From the NCBI GenBank assembly GCA_963765895.1, contig CAVXZB010000087.1:32001-96000 (forward strand): DNA of 64,000 nucleotides. Reading direction: 5' to 3'. Positions 34,331 to 45,607 of this stretch are shown piece after piece; position 1 is the first letter of the stretch, and every line of letters starts with the position of its first letter. A program made the position numbers and the translations under genes. Origin of the DNA: an uncultured Nitrososphaeraceae archaeon (GTDB lineage Archaea; Thermoproteota; Nitrososphaeria; Nitrososphaerales; Nitrososphaeraceae). The notes beneath the pieces were generated by a model that was not told the DNA's origin, searched no databases, and saw only the letters and a program-made list of their open reading frames with translations.

Positions 34331-36617
34331 ATGAATACGGCATCCTTTAAGTTTGTATTGTACTCTCTGTTTACTCTCATCTTGTTAGTTCTACTAATCT
34401 TGTCCTTATTCACTACAGAAATTACCCTTGGTATTCCTAACGTCAATTATCCTCAGCCCATCGTTAATCATCGGCCTCTGGTCAGAGTGGGACCAGATCA
34501 AATGGTAAAGGAAAATGAAATGGTGATACTTCGTGGCATCGCAAATGATTTAGATCCTGGTGATAAAATTAGCTATTCATGGAGACAAATAGCTGGGCCA
34601 GTGGCTAAATTAAGTCACAGCAATACCATGAATCCATCATTTATTGCACCAAATGTATCGGCTGATACTCAAATGAGGTTTGCATTAACAGTTACAGACA
34701 ATAAAGGAGCTACAAGTATTAGCCCTGCTATTGTTACTATCACAATCAAGCACATAAACCATGCACCTATAGCTAATGCTGGTACTGATCAGACTGTTAG
34801 TCCTGGTTACGTTACTACTTTGGACGGAACTAGTAGCAATGACCCTGACAATGACCCATTGACTTATATCTGGGTACAAACTGGAGGACCATATGTACCT
34901 ATTAAATCGTGCCAATACATCCATTGCTACATTTACAGCTCCTTCTAACCTATCTGCTGACACAACACTAGCATTTAGATTAATAGTTAAAGATGACAAA
35001 AATGCTACTGGAGCAGATGATGTTAAGGTTATCGACAAGTACATTCCGCCTCCCAACCAACTACCGGTAGCTAATGCTGGTACTGATCAGATAGTTAACT
35101 CAGGTGATAGGGTAAAATTTGATGGCAATAAAAGCATAGATCCAGATGGTAATATAACTTCATATTCATGGAGACAAATAGCTGGGCCAGTGGCTAAATT
35201 AAGTCACAGCAATACCATGAATCCATCATTTATTGCACCAAATGTATCGGCTGATACTCAAATGAGGTTTGCATTAACAGTTACAGACAATAAAGGAGCT
35301 ACAAGTATTAGCCCTGCTATTGTTACTATCACAATCAAGCACATAAACCATGCACCTATAGCTAATGCTGGTACTGATCAGACTGTTAGTCCTGGCGATA
35401 TTGTTAATTTGAATGCAGAAAACAGTGAAGACCTAGATAAAGATCAAATAAAATATTCATGGATACAGGTTGAAGGACCAGGTGTTAAATTAGACGATGC
35501 CAATACATCCATGGCTACATTTACCGCCCCCACTAATATATCAGCTGACACAATCTTAGTATTCAAATTAACGGTTAAAGATAGCAAGAATGCAAGTAAT
35601 ACAGCTATAGTTAAGGTTATCGACAAGTACATTCCGCCTCCCAACCAACTACCGGTAGCTAATGCTGGTACTGATCAGATAGTTAACTCAGGTGATAGGG
35701 TAAAATTTGATGGCAATAAAAGCATAGATCCAGATGGTAATATAACTTCATATTCATGGAGACAAATAGCTGGGCCAGTGGCTAAATTAAGTCACAGCAA
35801 TACCATGAATCCATCATTTATTGCACCAAATGTATCGGCTGATACTCAAATGAGGTTTGCATTAACAGTTACAGACAATAAAGGAGCTACAAGTATTAGC
35901 CCTGCTATTGTTACTATCACAATCAAGCACATAAACCATGCACCTATAGCTAATGCTGGTACTGATCAGACTGTTAGTCCTGGCGATATTGTTAATTTGA
36001 ATGCAGAAAACAGTGAAGACCTAGATAAAGATCAAATAAAATATTCATGGATACAGGTTGAAGGACCAGGTGTTAAATTAGACGATGCCAATACATCCAT
36101 GGCTACATTTACCGCCCCCACTAATATATCAGCTGACACAATCTTAGTATTCAAATTAACGGTTAAAGATAGCAAGAATGCAAGTAATACAGCTATAGTT
36201 AAGGTTATCGACAAGTACATTCCGCCTCCCAACCAACTACCGGTAGCTAATGCTGGTACTGATCAGATAGTTAATGCTGGTGCAACAGTTACTTTAGACG
36301 GAAGTGCAAGCTCAGATTCTGATGGTATTGTAAGTTCTTATTCATGGAACCAGATTGCTGGTCCATCTGTCTCGATAAATGGTTCTCATACGTTCTCACC
36401 ATCGTTTATTGCGCCACATGTTTCATCCATTACTACTTTAGTCTTCTCTTTGACTACTGGAGATGATAAAGGTGCCTCTAGCACTCCTGATAACGTAGTT
36501 ATCACTGTAAAACAGGAGGTAACACGTACTGAGGGCAATAAGGCATCAGGGCCTGTGTGTCAATATGTTCCTGGTCCTAGTATGGAGGTGTCTCCAAGCT
36601 GCATAGGTGTTCGTTAA
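34331..36617 (+). CDS. Surface protein with N-terminal TM/signal and 7 PKD-like domains (+1 frameshift at ~34898)
   Basis: Repeated P.ANAG.DQ.V...V.LDG..S.D.D....YSW.Q..GP...F.AP....F.LTV.D units; ORFs 34301-34948 and 34893-36617 join. Confidence 0.9.
35022..36274 (+). repeat. 588-bp tandem duplication (~2.1 copies) plus a partial copy at 34574-34805
   Basis: GTTAAGGTTATCGACAAGTAC at 35022, 35610, 36198; TATTCATGGAGACAAATAGC at 34574, 35163, 35751. Confidence 0.93.
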
Positions 36618-37259
36618 TGTTTCTTTTTTACTTTCTTCAGACTTGATATGGTATAATAGTAGTAATTACAGCTATTACGGTTAGGTATTATTATCAAACT
36701 TTGTCATACTCAAGAGAATTCTGCAGGATATACCGCATACTTATGAAATAATAAAAATTATTCACCAGAGTAAAATGAATCAGGAATAGGCAGACCAATT
36801 GGATGTATATATTGCTAAGTTAATATCTTAATCAGTCGACATAATCATTTCTTACCATGTACCTGTTTTTATGATATTGACATCGGTATAATGATAGCAT
36901 GTTTCTTCCTCTTTCGAGGTCATAGTAATATATATATAGAAATGATCTTTTTCTATAGGTCATCCTAAGCCTGAAGCTTCAGAACTGAACGCCCATAAGT
37001 GATGCGAATGCTATGCATCATGCATTACAGAACTTCTGAATCATGAACATCTTAACTCAGACATTAAGATCTATCACCGAGATGGCTCGCGCTATCGCAA
37101 AAGCTCTAGATTTAACTTGCTTGAACTTAGGTTATCTTGACATCCTGCACAATTTATTAGATGACTAGGTGTGATATTGGTAGTAACGTACTAGTAGCAA
37201 GAGAAATAGAAGTATCAATCCATTTATATAATTAATCGTTAATACTAATCTAGAATATA

Positions 37260-37865
37260 TTAAATCATCTTTTCAGCACTTCTTGAATAGTAGTATCTAA
37301 GCCACAACATCACACTAAAAAATACCATTGAGACAACGTGTATTTCTAATCCAATATAGCTTTGAAAAGAGGAAAGGTTGAGGATTCCGTTATCCTGAAG
37401 TATACCAGCCATTTCTCCTAAAATCCAGATTATTATAAATATTGAAATTTGAAACTGAAAAGTTCTAACATTTTTTGATATGATTGCAAGCCTTATGAAT
37501 ATTCCCAATGCTACGAAAAGAAGTATTGGTGTAATGTTATCCATAAGGACAGACAGAGTACCTGGGTTCAATGCGGCAATAGCCATAGTCTTTGCATTTT
37601 GCTTTTTAGGTCTTGCTATATTAGAATAGACAACTCCAAAAAATATTAACACTGCAACTGAGAGCGGCTCAAAAAATCCTTCTCCCAATTGAGTTGAGCC
37701 AAAAAATTCGAATATATGATAAAAGGAATGAGTTAATATAAAGATAGAAAGTATTGCAGATAGTTTTCGTAGGTCACCTTTTAATCTTACAGTAAGGTAG
37801 ATTGAAACTATAGCCGCAAGAAGTATGACAATGGCACTTACAAAATGAAGCTGTGTTTCTAGCAT
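37260..37865 (-). CDS. Multi-pass membrane protein with internal duplication (His-bearing helices)
   Basis: About 6 TM segments; HSFYH and EIHVVSM. Confidence 0.75.
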   Translation of the reverse strand: MLETQLHFVSAIVILLAAIVSIYLTVRLKGDLRKLSAILSIFILTHSFYHIFEFFGSTQLGEGFFEPLSVAVLIFFGVVYSNIARPKKQNAKTMAIAALNPGTLSVLMDNITPILLFVALGIFIRLAIISKNVRTFQFQISIFIIIWILGEMAGILQDNGILNLSSFQSYIGLEIHVVSMVFFSVMLWLRYYYSRSAEKMI

Positions 37866-38970
37866 TCCTTAATATACTCATCAGAATTACTAGGTGCAAA
37901 GTATTGACTCGTTCGAACTTGAATTTTTGATAATAAATGCAACTTTGTAATTCGATAAGCTCAAGAATTGTCAGCACTTCTTATATACTGTGAGAAGTAT
38001 TTTCAAGTCCTCGTACTATTATTAATTTGTCATTTTTAGATCGTATGCCAGCTAACGATGAAAAACAGGCAACCATTTATGTTTTTCTATCTCCGCCGAA
38101 ATGAACCTCTAACATATATAATATTCAGCTCAACTATTGAATAAATGTATTTTCTTCTATATGTAAACGGTTATAATTATTAAATGAATTGTCAAATTCC
38201 TCTTTTCTAATCAACATTTCATTTCGTTTTGATGGTTTTCGGCCCATTCGAAAGATTCCTAGCTATATTATATGTTCTTAATGGATCTAAGTATATAGTG
38301 CTCTAAATTTTTATTACTCTACTAAGTGTGAATCTATTCTAATTATTCTACGATAAGAATAGATCTGATTGATGTAACAATGAACATAAACAATACTATA
38401 AGCCATACAATCTCAACCACAGGTTTATTAGTCTATTACAAAATACGTTGATGATCTTTTCAAAATAGTTGTTCGTCAGGATGTAATTGATTTATCATTT
38501 GATAGGCCCCAAGTCGAGACCAAATCTAAGGAGAATGAGTTGCTATATCCAGCAGATCAAATTATTAATACTAACTAAATGGATTAAATATTCAAGTGTT
38601 TTCCTCGGCTTCCCATCAATTTATTAAAAGAGCCCTATTTTATCCTACCTACCTAGAATGCTCAAAGCGTTCGTTAAGTAGAGTTTCTAGATATTTTAGA
38701 TTTCTATCATCTTCTTGTTTTGTGGGGTTCATTAAAAATAAATTTTATTAAATGTCATACTATTTTGAAGACGTCTATCGATGTCTTCAAAAGATGCTAG
38801 AAAGACAATGCTAAAGATATCCCTAGAAGAATGAATGAACTATGGCGCAGATATGGGACTCACAAATAAAGTGTTAGGTCAGGTGCATACATGATGATGA
38901 GATAAAATCTTTCCAGGTTTCAATTTCACCAGTAACTCAATTTATCAATATTTAAAAGATATAAATAATG

Positions 38971-39918
38971 GGCTATGTAGAAAACATCATCAATATTACA
39001 AGATTAGTCAGTCTATGCATATTGTAGGTGATACATCTAAATGATAACTCTCTGTTCTGCATTCTAGTCAATCTAGACATAAGATTCTCTCCAAATAGTC
39101 GTTTTATAACTGATATTATGGTTTCATCTTTGTTTCGTTGATTGTACAGCAATTTGGAGTAACCACGCTTCATCTGCTTTCTGTACTTACCATGTGTTCT
39201 CCACATCGGTACATGTTCATATCGAGCAGGAATAATACTGAATGCATGTAAGTCCTCTCTTACGAGAAGGTGATTATCTTCACTATCGTAACCCTTATCA
39301 GCTGTAACTACGGATAATGGAAGAATATTTGATGTCCTTGTTATAATTGGCCTGAAATCTACATTATCATGCCTTGTTGGAGCTCGTCTTATCTTAATTG
39401 TACATATGATTTGTTGTAATACATCTACTCCAATAGATAATTTCGCATATTTTCTTCTCAATTCTGTTCGATCAGTATAATATTGTGATGCATGAGTTAT
39501 CTTAAATCCTGTTGAATCTATTCCTGCAAAGATATGCTTGGTACCACTAATTACAATGAATGACGAAATTATCTTTTCAAGCAATGAATTATTGATTCTA
39601 TCTGTAAACTTTTGCAATGTTGTAAAATGAGGAATACGTGACAACCGTAGAAATGACCTTAGGTAATAGGCTTCAATTAACCACTCGACAAACATTCTAT
39701 AACTCTTACCTTCATACTGTCGTATAGCAATTAGAACTATGTGCTGCCATATTGTAAATATGTGATTACTTTTCCTGTTAGAAAATAGAGGAATCCTTGC
39801 ATGCTTCAAAACACGGAACATAGTACCTGCAAGTCTGACGTACATTGATTCTTTCAATAGACTATTGGTATTATACTCTTACAAAGCTTTGACTGTATGA
39901 GATGGTTTCTACACAGCC
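38971..39918 (-). mobile_element. IS5-family (ISH1-like) insertion sequence, apparently complete
   Basis: TIRs GGCTATGTAGAAAACATC (38971) and reverse complement of 39901-39918 GGCTGTGTAGAAACCATC (16/18); 8-bp target duplication AAATAATG at 38963-38970 and 39919-39926. Confidence 0.93.
38973..39857 (-). CDS. IS5-family DDE transposase
   Basis: IPHFTTLQKF, IDSTGF (D), ADKGYDSE (D), YNQRNKDETIISVIKR (E). Confidence 0.93.
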   Translation of the reverse strand: MKESMYVRLAGTMFRVLKHARIPLFSNRKSNHIFTIWQHIVLIAIRQYEGKSYRMFVEWLIEAYYLRSFLRLSRIPHFTTLQKFTDRINNSLLEKIISSFIVISGTKHIFAGIDSTGFKITHASQYYTDRTELRRKYAKLSIGVDVLQQIICTIKIRRAPTRHDNVDFRPIITRTSNILPLSVVTADKGYDSEDNHLLVREDLHAFSIIPARYEHVPMWRTHGKYRKQMKRGYSKLLYNQRNKDETIISVIKRLFGENLMSRLTRMQNRELSFRCITYNMHRLTNLVILMMFST

Positions 39919-40851
39919 AAATAATGGATAGAGGCAGGATATGTTTCGGCTATTATATTTACCACTGTTCGTGCAGCGGTAACAAGAATAGACTGAGAAC
40001 AAATAGCAATCCTACGACCATTCCTATGGCACAGATATTTGCTTTCATCGACTTTAATACGTTTCTCATCAGTTTTATAATTCCTATATGTGGTATTACT
40101 AGTCTGCTTGCGAGTATAGCTTAGAATTAAGCAGTCGGACTTATTAATAATAATTGGAGTATAATAATTAGCTGTCAATCTTCAATTAAAAATCCCATAA
40201 ATGTCACGACTAGAGACAAGAAACAAAAGACGGTGATGAAAATAAGCAGTTGAACAAGTAAAAAATGTTGAAGTATATCAGTATTTTGGACGCATATATC
40301 AAATTGTACCTTGTAACTCAATTCCAATGGATTTGTCAAATAGTACCCGATACAAAGTGTTATTTGAGCATATAGACTAATGAATTTATTGTAAAGCTTA
40401 CTTTTAGTCCTGATCTGTTTCTTTTCTCAATACTTATACCTGCTACACTATATTTATGCTACAACAGCCAGTTTGAGTACAAATGAACAGGAGAGACCGT
40501 GAAGCTTGAGAGAGGATATCAATCTAACGGCAAAACCGACAGGTACAGGTCTCGCTGACTGTGACTAGTAAGTAATCATTGCAAGTACAGGCACATAATA
40601 ACCCAAACTAACAATAACGGCTAATTATTAATAACTTCCATATATTGATCTATGCTTAGAAGATCCCGAAGAGATAGTAGTACATACAAGACAGGAACTC
40701 TAAGTGGCTAAAGGCCAAGCTTATTTTGCCTATAGTATACAACCTGAATTGTCCAAGGATAGGAGGATATCAATATTGTTGGTATCCAATATCACGGTTT
40801 TAAAAGTACAAAATATGTCAAAAAATGTCTAGATTCTTTTGAGTTGTTATC

Positions 40852-41250
40852 TCACTCATGGGCCTGGTCCCTTCGCTCGTGTGATGCTCCAGTGCCTGTT
40901 GGTGAGCCTGTATAATCGCCTGACACATCGATCACAAAGTCAAAGTCGTTTAGCTTTTTGAGTATATCGCTTGTCAATCTCATGTTTGTCGCATAATGAG
41001 TACCGCTATCATATACTGCTGGAACAGATCCACAAGTGTTCCAGATATGATCCTTACACCATTGTGAATCAGTACTCTTTTTAGTAAATACTTCAACCAT
41101 GTAAAAAGGTGCACGCTCGGCCTTCTCTTGTTCGCGGACTAATAGTCCATGAATTAGTGTGGGGTCTACTTTTGGTAAATATGTTTGATATAGTGTCTCT
41201 AGTCCTTTAAAGACGTTTCTTATTTCTTGCAAGTCTGAAGTCAGAATCAT
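40852..41250 (-). CDS. Hypothetical protein
   Basis: 132-aa ORF abutting the upstream ORF; PAVYDSGTHY segment. Confidence 0.7.
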   Translation of the reverse strand: MILTSDLQEIRNVFKGLETLYQTYLPKVDPTLIHGLLVREQEKAERAPFYMVEVFTKKSTDSQWCKDHIWNTCGSVPAVYDSGTHYATNMRLTSDILKKLNDFDFVIDVSGDYTGSPTGTGASHERRDQAHE

Positions 41251-41451
41251 TTATGACAAGACACCATCTTTCCCAAGATAACGACGTGGACTTTTTTGAG
41301 ACACAGTCAAGACTGTTTTAATTTCTTTGAACATGCAGGGCCTCATTTTTTTGTCCTTGATTCTGCAGGCACTAAAATGCCACGCCAATTCCAGCGACAG
41401 ATATGTAACTACAAATCCGATAACTACATACAACAGACTTTCAATCACCAT
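41251..41451 (-). CDS. Small membrane protein
   Basis: TM helix followed by ELAWHF.AC. Confidence 0.6.
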   Translation of the reverse strand: MVIESLLYVVIGFVVTYLSLELAWHFSACRIKDKKMRPCMFKEIKTVLTVSQKSPRRYLGKDGVLS

Positions 41452-42069
41452 AGCATAAGATATTCCAATGTTGTTAATTATCTTTAGTAATATCATTCTA
41501 TGATTGCTCAAGATGAATTTTTATCGTGTAACAAATAAGCTATCTATTTCAAAATCAAGAATCCTTTAATTGGCAATACAGAAGATATATCTTGGCCGGG
41601 CAATGAGTTAGGATTGTGCATTTACCGCGTTTCAGGTTCATATCATAATATGAAATAATTTATCTCATCATATTGTCTATTAAATATCCAGATCTCATCG
41701 TTTACAACGTGCAAGACACTATTGAATTTAGATAAATTGTCAAATGTTCAATAGGAAAGAAAATGCATATGGCTATGTACAGCTAGGGTGGATATTAGTA
41801 GGTTTACAATTACACGTTGGTTGATATACCAATAACGAAGTCGAAAAGGGAAAACTTGACAAAGAATACACTGATGGTTCCCTTACAATGCTGTATTTCT
41901 CCTCAATTAGGATAACCCCTAGGTACGTCTTTACTGATATGCTGGTTATCTAAAATTTGGCTTTGGATTATCATCCAAAAACCAGGTAAAACATCTGCTG
42001 ACTAGAAGTATCTTGTCGAATATTGGTTATCTATACTCCTTATAAATTAGATTATCGTGTTGTTAAGCA

Positions 42070-42729
42070 ATGAATAGTAAGATAGTATTTTGTCTTATCA
42101 CTATTGTAGTGACTATCGCACTCGTAACAGCAGCAGGATATACTTGGAGAGCGACGAATATCGTATATGCTGCCACTCCGAATCCAGTAAAAGGAATGAT
42201 AAATATCCAAGCAGGATCTGGAAACGCTACTGCTCCTTTGACTACATTTTCTCCCCAGAAAGTAGAGATTAAAAGAGGAGACACAGTGAGATGGTATAAT
42301 CCGACCCAAGTAGGAGAGCCACATACAGTTACGTTTGTCTTGAACAATAAAACTATGACAGGATTTGCTATGCCTTTTGGCGTGGCAAGCTCAACTCAAT
42401 TCATGTCCATACCACCTAACTCGAATAGTGAACCTGTCAGCATCCCTGGAAAAGACGGTATGAAAACCATAGTGGCTATTAATTCTAGGGTATATAATCC
42501 AGTGGTGATCGATTCAGCAAATAATGTGAAAACATTAAAACCAAACGCAACTTATGTCCTTAATGGAAATGAAAAGTACATCAACTCAGGCTTTATTCTT
42601 CCAAAAGGACAAGACAAGAATTATCCTGGATCTTCAAGCACATTTACTGTTATGTTCCAAAATTCTGGAATATACAAGTACATATGTGTCATCCATCCTT
42701 GGATGACAGGCGAGATTGTTGTACGGTAA
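42070..42729 (+). CDS. Secreted cupredoxin (plastocyanin/azurin-like blue copper protein)
   Basis: Signal peptide; FSPQKVEIKRGDTVRW, PHTVT, YICVIHPWMTG give the type-1 Cu ligands H, C, H, M. Confidence 0.9.
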   Translation: MNSKIVFCLITIVVTIALVTAAGYTWRATNIVYAATPNPVKGMINIQAGSGNATAPLTTFSPQKVEIKRGDTVRWYNPTQVGEPHTVTFVLNNKTMTGFAMPFGVASSTQFMSIPPNSNSEPVSIPGKDGMKTIVAINSRVYNPVVIDSANNVKTLKPNATYVLNGNEKYINSGFILPKGQDKNYPGSSSTFTVMFQNSGIYKYICVIHPWMTGEIVVR

Positions 42730-43441
42730 TAACTGATAAATGGTCCTTTACCTTTCATTATTTTTGTACCTCTGGATGTAAATTTTATTATGGTAGCACT
42801 ATCTCTAAAAAATAAATGCATAGTTACTAGATGATTAAGATAGCTGTACTAGTGCAACCTAATTGTAATTAGACACACCTGTAAATGATTATTATAATTT
42901 GGAAACTAGTCTGCTGTTCTGTTTAGAGAACAGAATCAAAATTAGAGTAATCTTATCTTAATCACTATCTCCTATGGTACATTAGTTTGAGCATGATTAT
43001 CATTAAGATACTTTTTTTGAAGCTGTGTGCTAGCAACCAACTAAAGAAGTATAGAAACAATTTAGTAGAATAAAAACAGTGTGATAAAGCAAAGAATAAT
43101 AATGATATAGCGCAACTATCAAATCAATTTGGGGTTATTATCAGATAGGTTGCAGGAACTGAAAGAAGACATGTACCAGTCTAGGCGTTAAGATATCTTC
43201 AAATCTTTCAAATACGATTCATTCGTGTCAGCAGAATAGCCAATTGCTCTTTTAAAGAGTTAAAGCTGGATATATATTTTGGGCTCTGACGATCCTAACA
43301 GAAAAAAATACTAGCCTTGAAAATGCTAGCGTTTTTCATTGTGGCGATAACGTAGTACGAACAACATTACGATTCTTCTCTATCAAACAGGCAGATTTAT
43401 ATTTGTATATATGAGTAATCATTCAAACCTTAAGACGTAAA

Positions 43442-44545
43442 TTATTCTCTTATTGGGTTTGGTGACTGTGTTATCCGATTGTCTTTGTATTGCCGGTACA
43501 ACCTATAATCTTCATCAACCTTTATTGCTGCAGTTAGTATTTTACTCTTGAAAGCCTTAGATGATTGTAAAAACATCTTCGTATCTTTTGGCAAGCAGTG
43601 TCCTCCTATTCCTTCTCTTGGTTCCAATATCTCGACATTCCATTTTGTATTTAATGCATCTCGTAATTCTGCAAAGTTTATGTTATTAGCTTGACAGTAA
43701 AGATAAAGATCTTCGGCAAACGCTATTTGTAGATACCTATATGCATTTTCTACTACTTTTGTTGTTTCAGCCATTTCTACTTGTGATACTGGATGCATAG
43801 GTATACCCAAGTTTTTCGTTTCGTTATTGTTTTGCGTAGGGTTGTTGCTGTTACTATGAATACTATTATTTTGAATAGGTTTCGTCATATCAGTATTGGT
43901 ATTGGTAATAACATTAGTAGCATTATCTCTTCTGCCATCATAAAATTGCATACCCACTCTGAGGCAACAATTGCATACTCCTCCTATGACACGTAACTGG
44001 TTTACACCATGCTCTTTTTCCTCTAAAGAATACCATCTGTGAGGAGCATGAACAACATGCAGTCTATGATTAAGCATTTCAAATACCTTTTTTGATGTAC
44101 CTTTTGGAATAGTACTTTCTATTGAAACTAGTGCTCCATTCTTTGCTTCTTTTGATATCTTTTCAACTATAGATAATAGACCATCTATTTGTGGAGAAAA
44201 CATATCGTTAGGCCTATGAGTAGATATACACACAATATAAACATCAAATTCACTAAAGTTAATAGCTTTCTTCACTGAAGCTATCTTCTGTGCACGCTCT
44301 ATAGCATGATGGCTTATATCATAACCAAAAGTATCAAATCCTTTTTCACTGATATATTTTGCTACTGGTAGGCCTAACTGTCCTAAACCGATAATCAAAA
44401 CTTTACTGAACTGAGTCTGACCCATAGATTTGATGCTTAGATGATCTTCAGTTGATTTGGTAGTATTATCAGAACATGTCATTGATGGTGAAGTGTTTAA
44501 ACACAATTGCTCTTGACTGCTGTCATTTGTCGAAGATATTTTCAT
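43442..44545 (-). CDS. Nucleotide-sugar dehydrogenase family protein (WecC/UGD-like), lacking the C-terminal domain
   Basis: IIGLGQLGLPVA, SIESTIPKG, AETTKVVENAYR, GIGGHCLPKD. Confidence 0.85.
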   Translation of the reverse strand: MKISSTNDSSQEQLCLNTSPSMTCSDNTTKSTEDHLSIKSMGQTQFSKVLIIGLGQLGLPVAKYISEKGFDTFGYDISHHAIERAQKIASVKKAINFSEFDVYIVCISTHRPNDMFSPQIDGLLSIVEKISKEAKNGALVSIESTIPKGTSKKVFEMLNHRLHVVHAPHRWYSLEEKEHGVNQLRVIGGVCNCCLRVGMQFYDGRRDNATNVITNTNTDMTKPIQNNSIHSNSNNPTQNNNETKNLGIPMHPVSQVEMAETTKVVENAYRYLQIAFAEDLYLYCQANNINFAELRDALNTKWNVEILEPREGIGGHCLPKDTKMFLQSSKAFKSKILTAAIKVDEDYRLYRQYKDNRITQSPNPIRE

Positions 44546-44581
44546 TGTTATCAAAAAAGTAATGGGTGATCGAGAATATAT

Positions 44582-44741
44582 AAACGTATACATATTTACG
44601 GAATAACATCCATATGCTAGAATACGTATAAATATCTCCGTATATACGTGTCTAGGTCTATATCCTATGATATTTATCTGTCAATAAATACAGAAATGGA
44701 AGCATCTATCCGTCAATACATACATAAATATATGTGTGTAT
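44582..44741. promoter_or_regulatory. Phased degenerate 8-bp array between divergent genes
   Basis: 20 in-phase octamers (e.g. ACATATTT, ATACGTAT, CCGTATAT, ACGTGTCT, CTGTCAAT, CCGTCAAT, ACATACAT); T at position 4 in 15/20 and at position 8 in 15/20. Confidence 0.55.
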
Positions 44742-44758
44742 ATAATAAAATGCTGAAC

Positions 44759-44926
44759 ATGGATAAGGATGAGGCGGTAGAAGAAGATGATACTAAAACT
44801 ACGATGAAAATCCCTACCGTTCTGCTTGATGAATTCAAACATCTGGCTATAGATGAAAAAACTACTGTAACCGCTCTTATCGTAGAATCTATGAAGCAGT
44901 ATCTTAAATACATTAAGAAGAAATGA
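44759..44926 (+). CDS. Ribbon-helix-helix DNA-binding protein (CopG/ParG-like)
   Basis: Strand KTTMKIP, helix LLDEFKHLAIDE, turn KT, helix VTALIVESMKQYL. Confidence 0.8.
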   Translation: MDKDEAVEEDDTKTTMKIPTVLLDEFKHLAIDEKTTVTALIVESMKQYLKYIKKK

Positions 44927-45205
44927 ACATACTGCCTAACATAATTTCGTTTAACTAAAGTGTTTAAACAGGTAGATGATTGATTTTATGAGTTTATGTT
45001 AATAAGTAAGTGACTTTAAAGAAGGTTCCTGTGTTGTAAGTGTGGATAAACAATGAGTCTTGGATTTATCCTTTGGATAGGAGTAGCTAATGATAGTTCC
45101 GGGATTATGGAGACAGGGGTTGACGCTTACTTGGAAAGTCTATGCATTGTATGCTATCTGTGATTATTAAGCGTGAGATTAATACTTTGATACTACACGC
45201 TACCA

Positions 45206-45607
45206 CTAAATCTTGATTTTGATACTGTCTTCTTCTACTCTGGTTTCATAAACTATCTGATCAAGCGTTTTGATATGTGACATAAGTTGACCTACGTTTT
45301 CGAAAAACTTTTGCCAAGTTTGTGGTAATGGTTCCATATTCTGGGACGGAGTTAGTATAGGCTCAGAGAGCTTCTTTCCAGTAGTAACGTCAAACCTTGC
45401 ACCGTGGAAAGGACATGTTACAGTATTTCCTTTTAAATTGCCCATTGAAAGCAGGGCATTCATATGACCACAGCGGTCACTCATGGCATAAAATTTGCCA
45501 TCTATGTTGGCAAGTAATACTTCCTTTCCCTCAACTTCTACATGTTTCATCTTTCCAGTAGAAATTTCATGTACTTTGGCGACTTCAACAAACTCATTTC
45601 TAGCCAT
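45206..45607 (-). CDS. Rieske [2Fe-2S] ferredoxin
   Basis: DRCGHM...VTCPFHGARFDVTTG. Confidence 0.92.
   Translation of the reverse strand: MARNEFVEVAKVHEISTGKMKHVEVEGKEVLLANIDGKFYAMSDRCGHMNALLSMGNLKGNTVTCPFHGARFDVTTGKKLSEPILTPSQNMEPLPQTWQKFFENVGQLMSHIKTLDQIVYETRVEEDSIKIKI

Noticed and set aside
37870-38235. MGRKPSKRNEMLIRK... remnant upstream of the membrane protein gene
   Set aside because: Looks like a decayed gene but is too fragmented to assign a family
38763-38792. Inverted repeat TTTTGAAGAC-N10-GTCTTCAAAA as a MITE or IS end
   Set aside because: No similarity to the neighbouring IS TIRs, no target duplication, single copy; function cannot be supported
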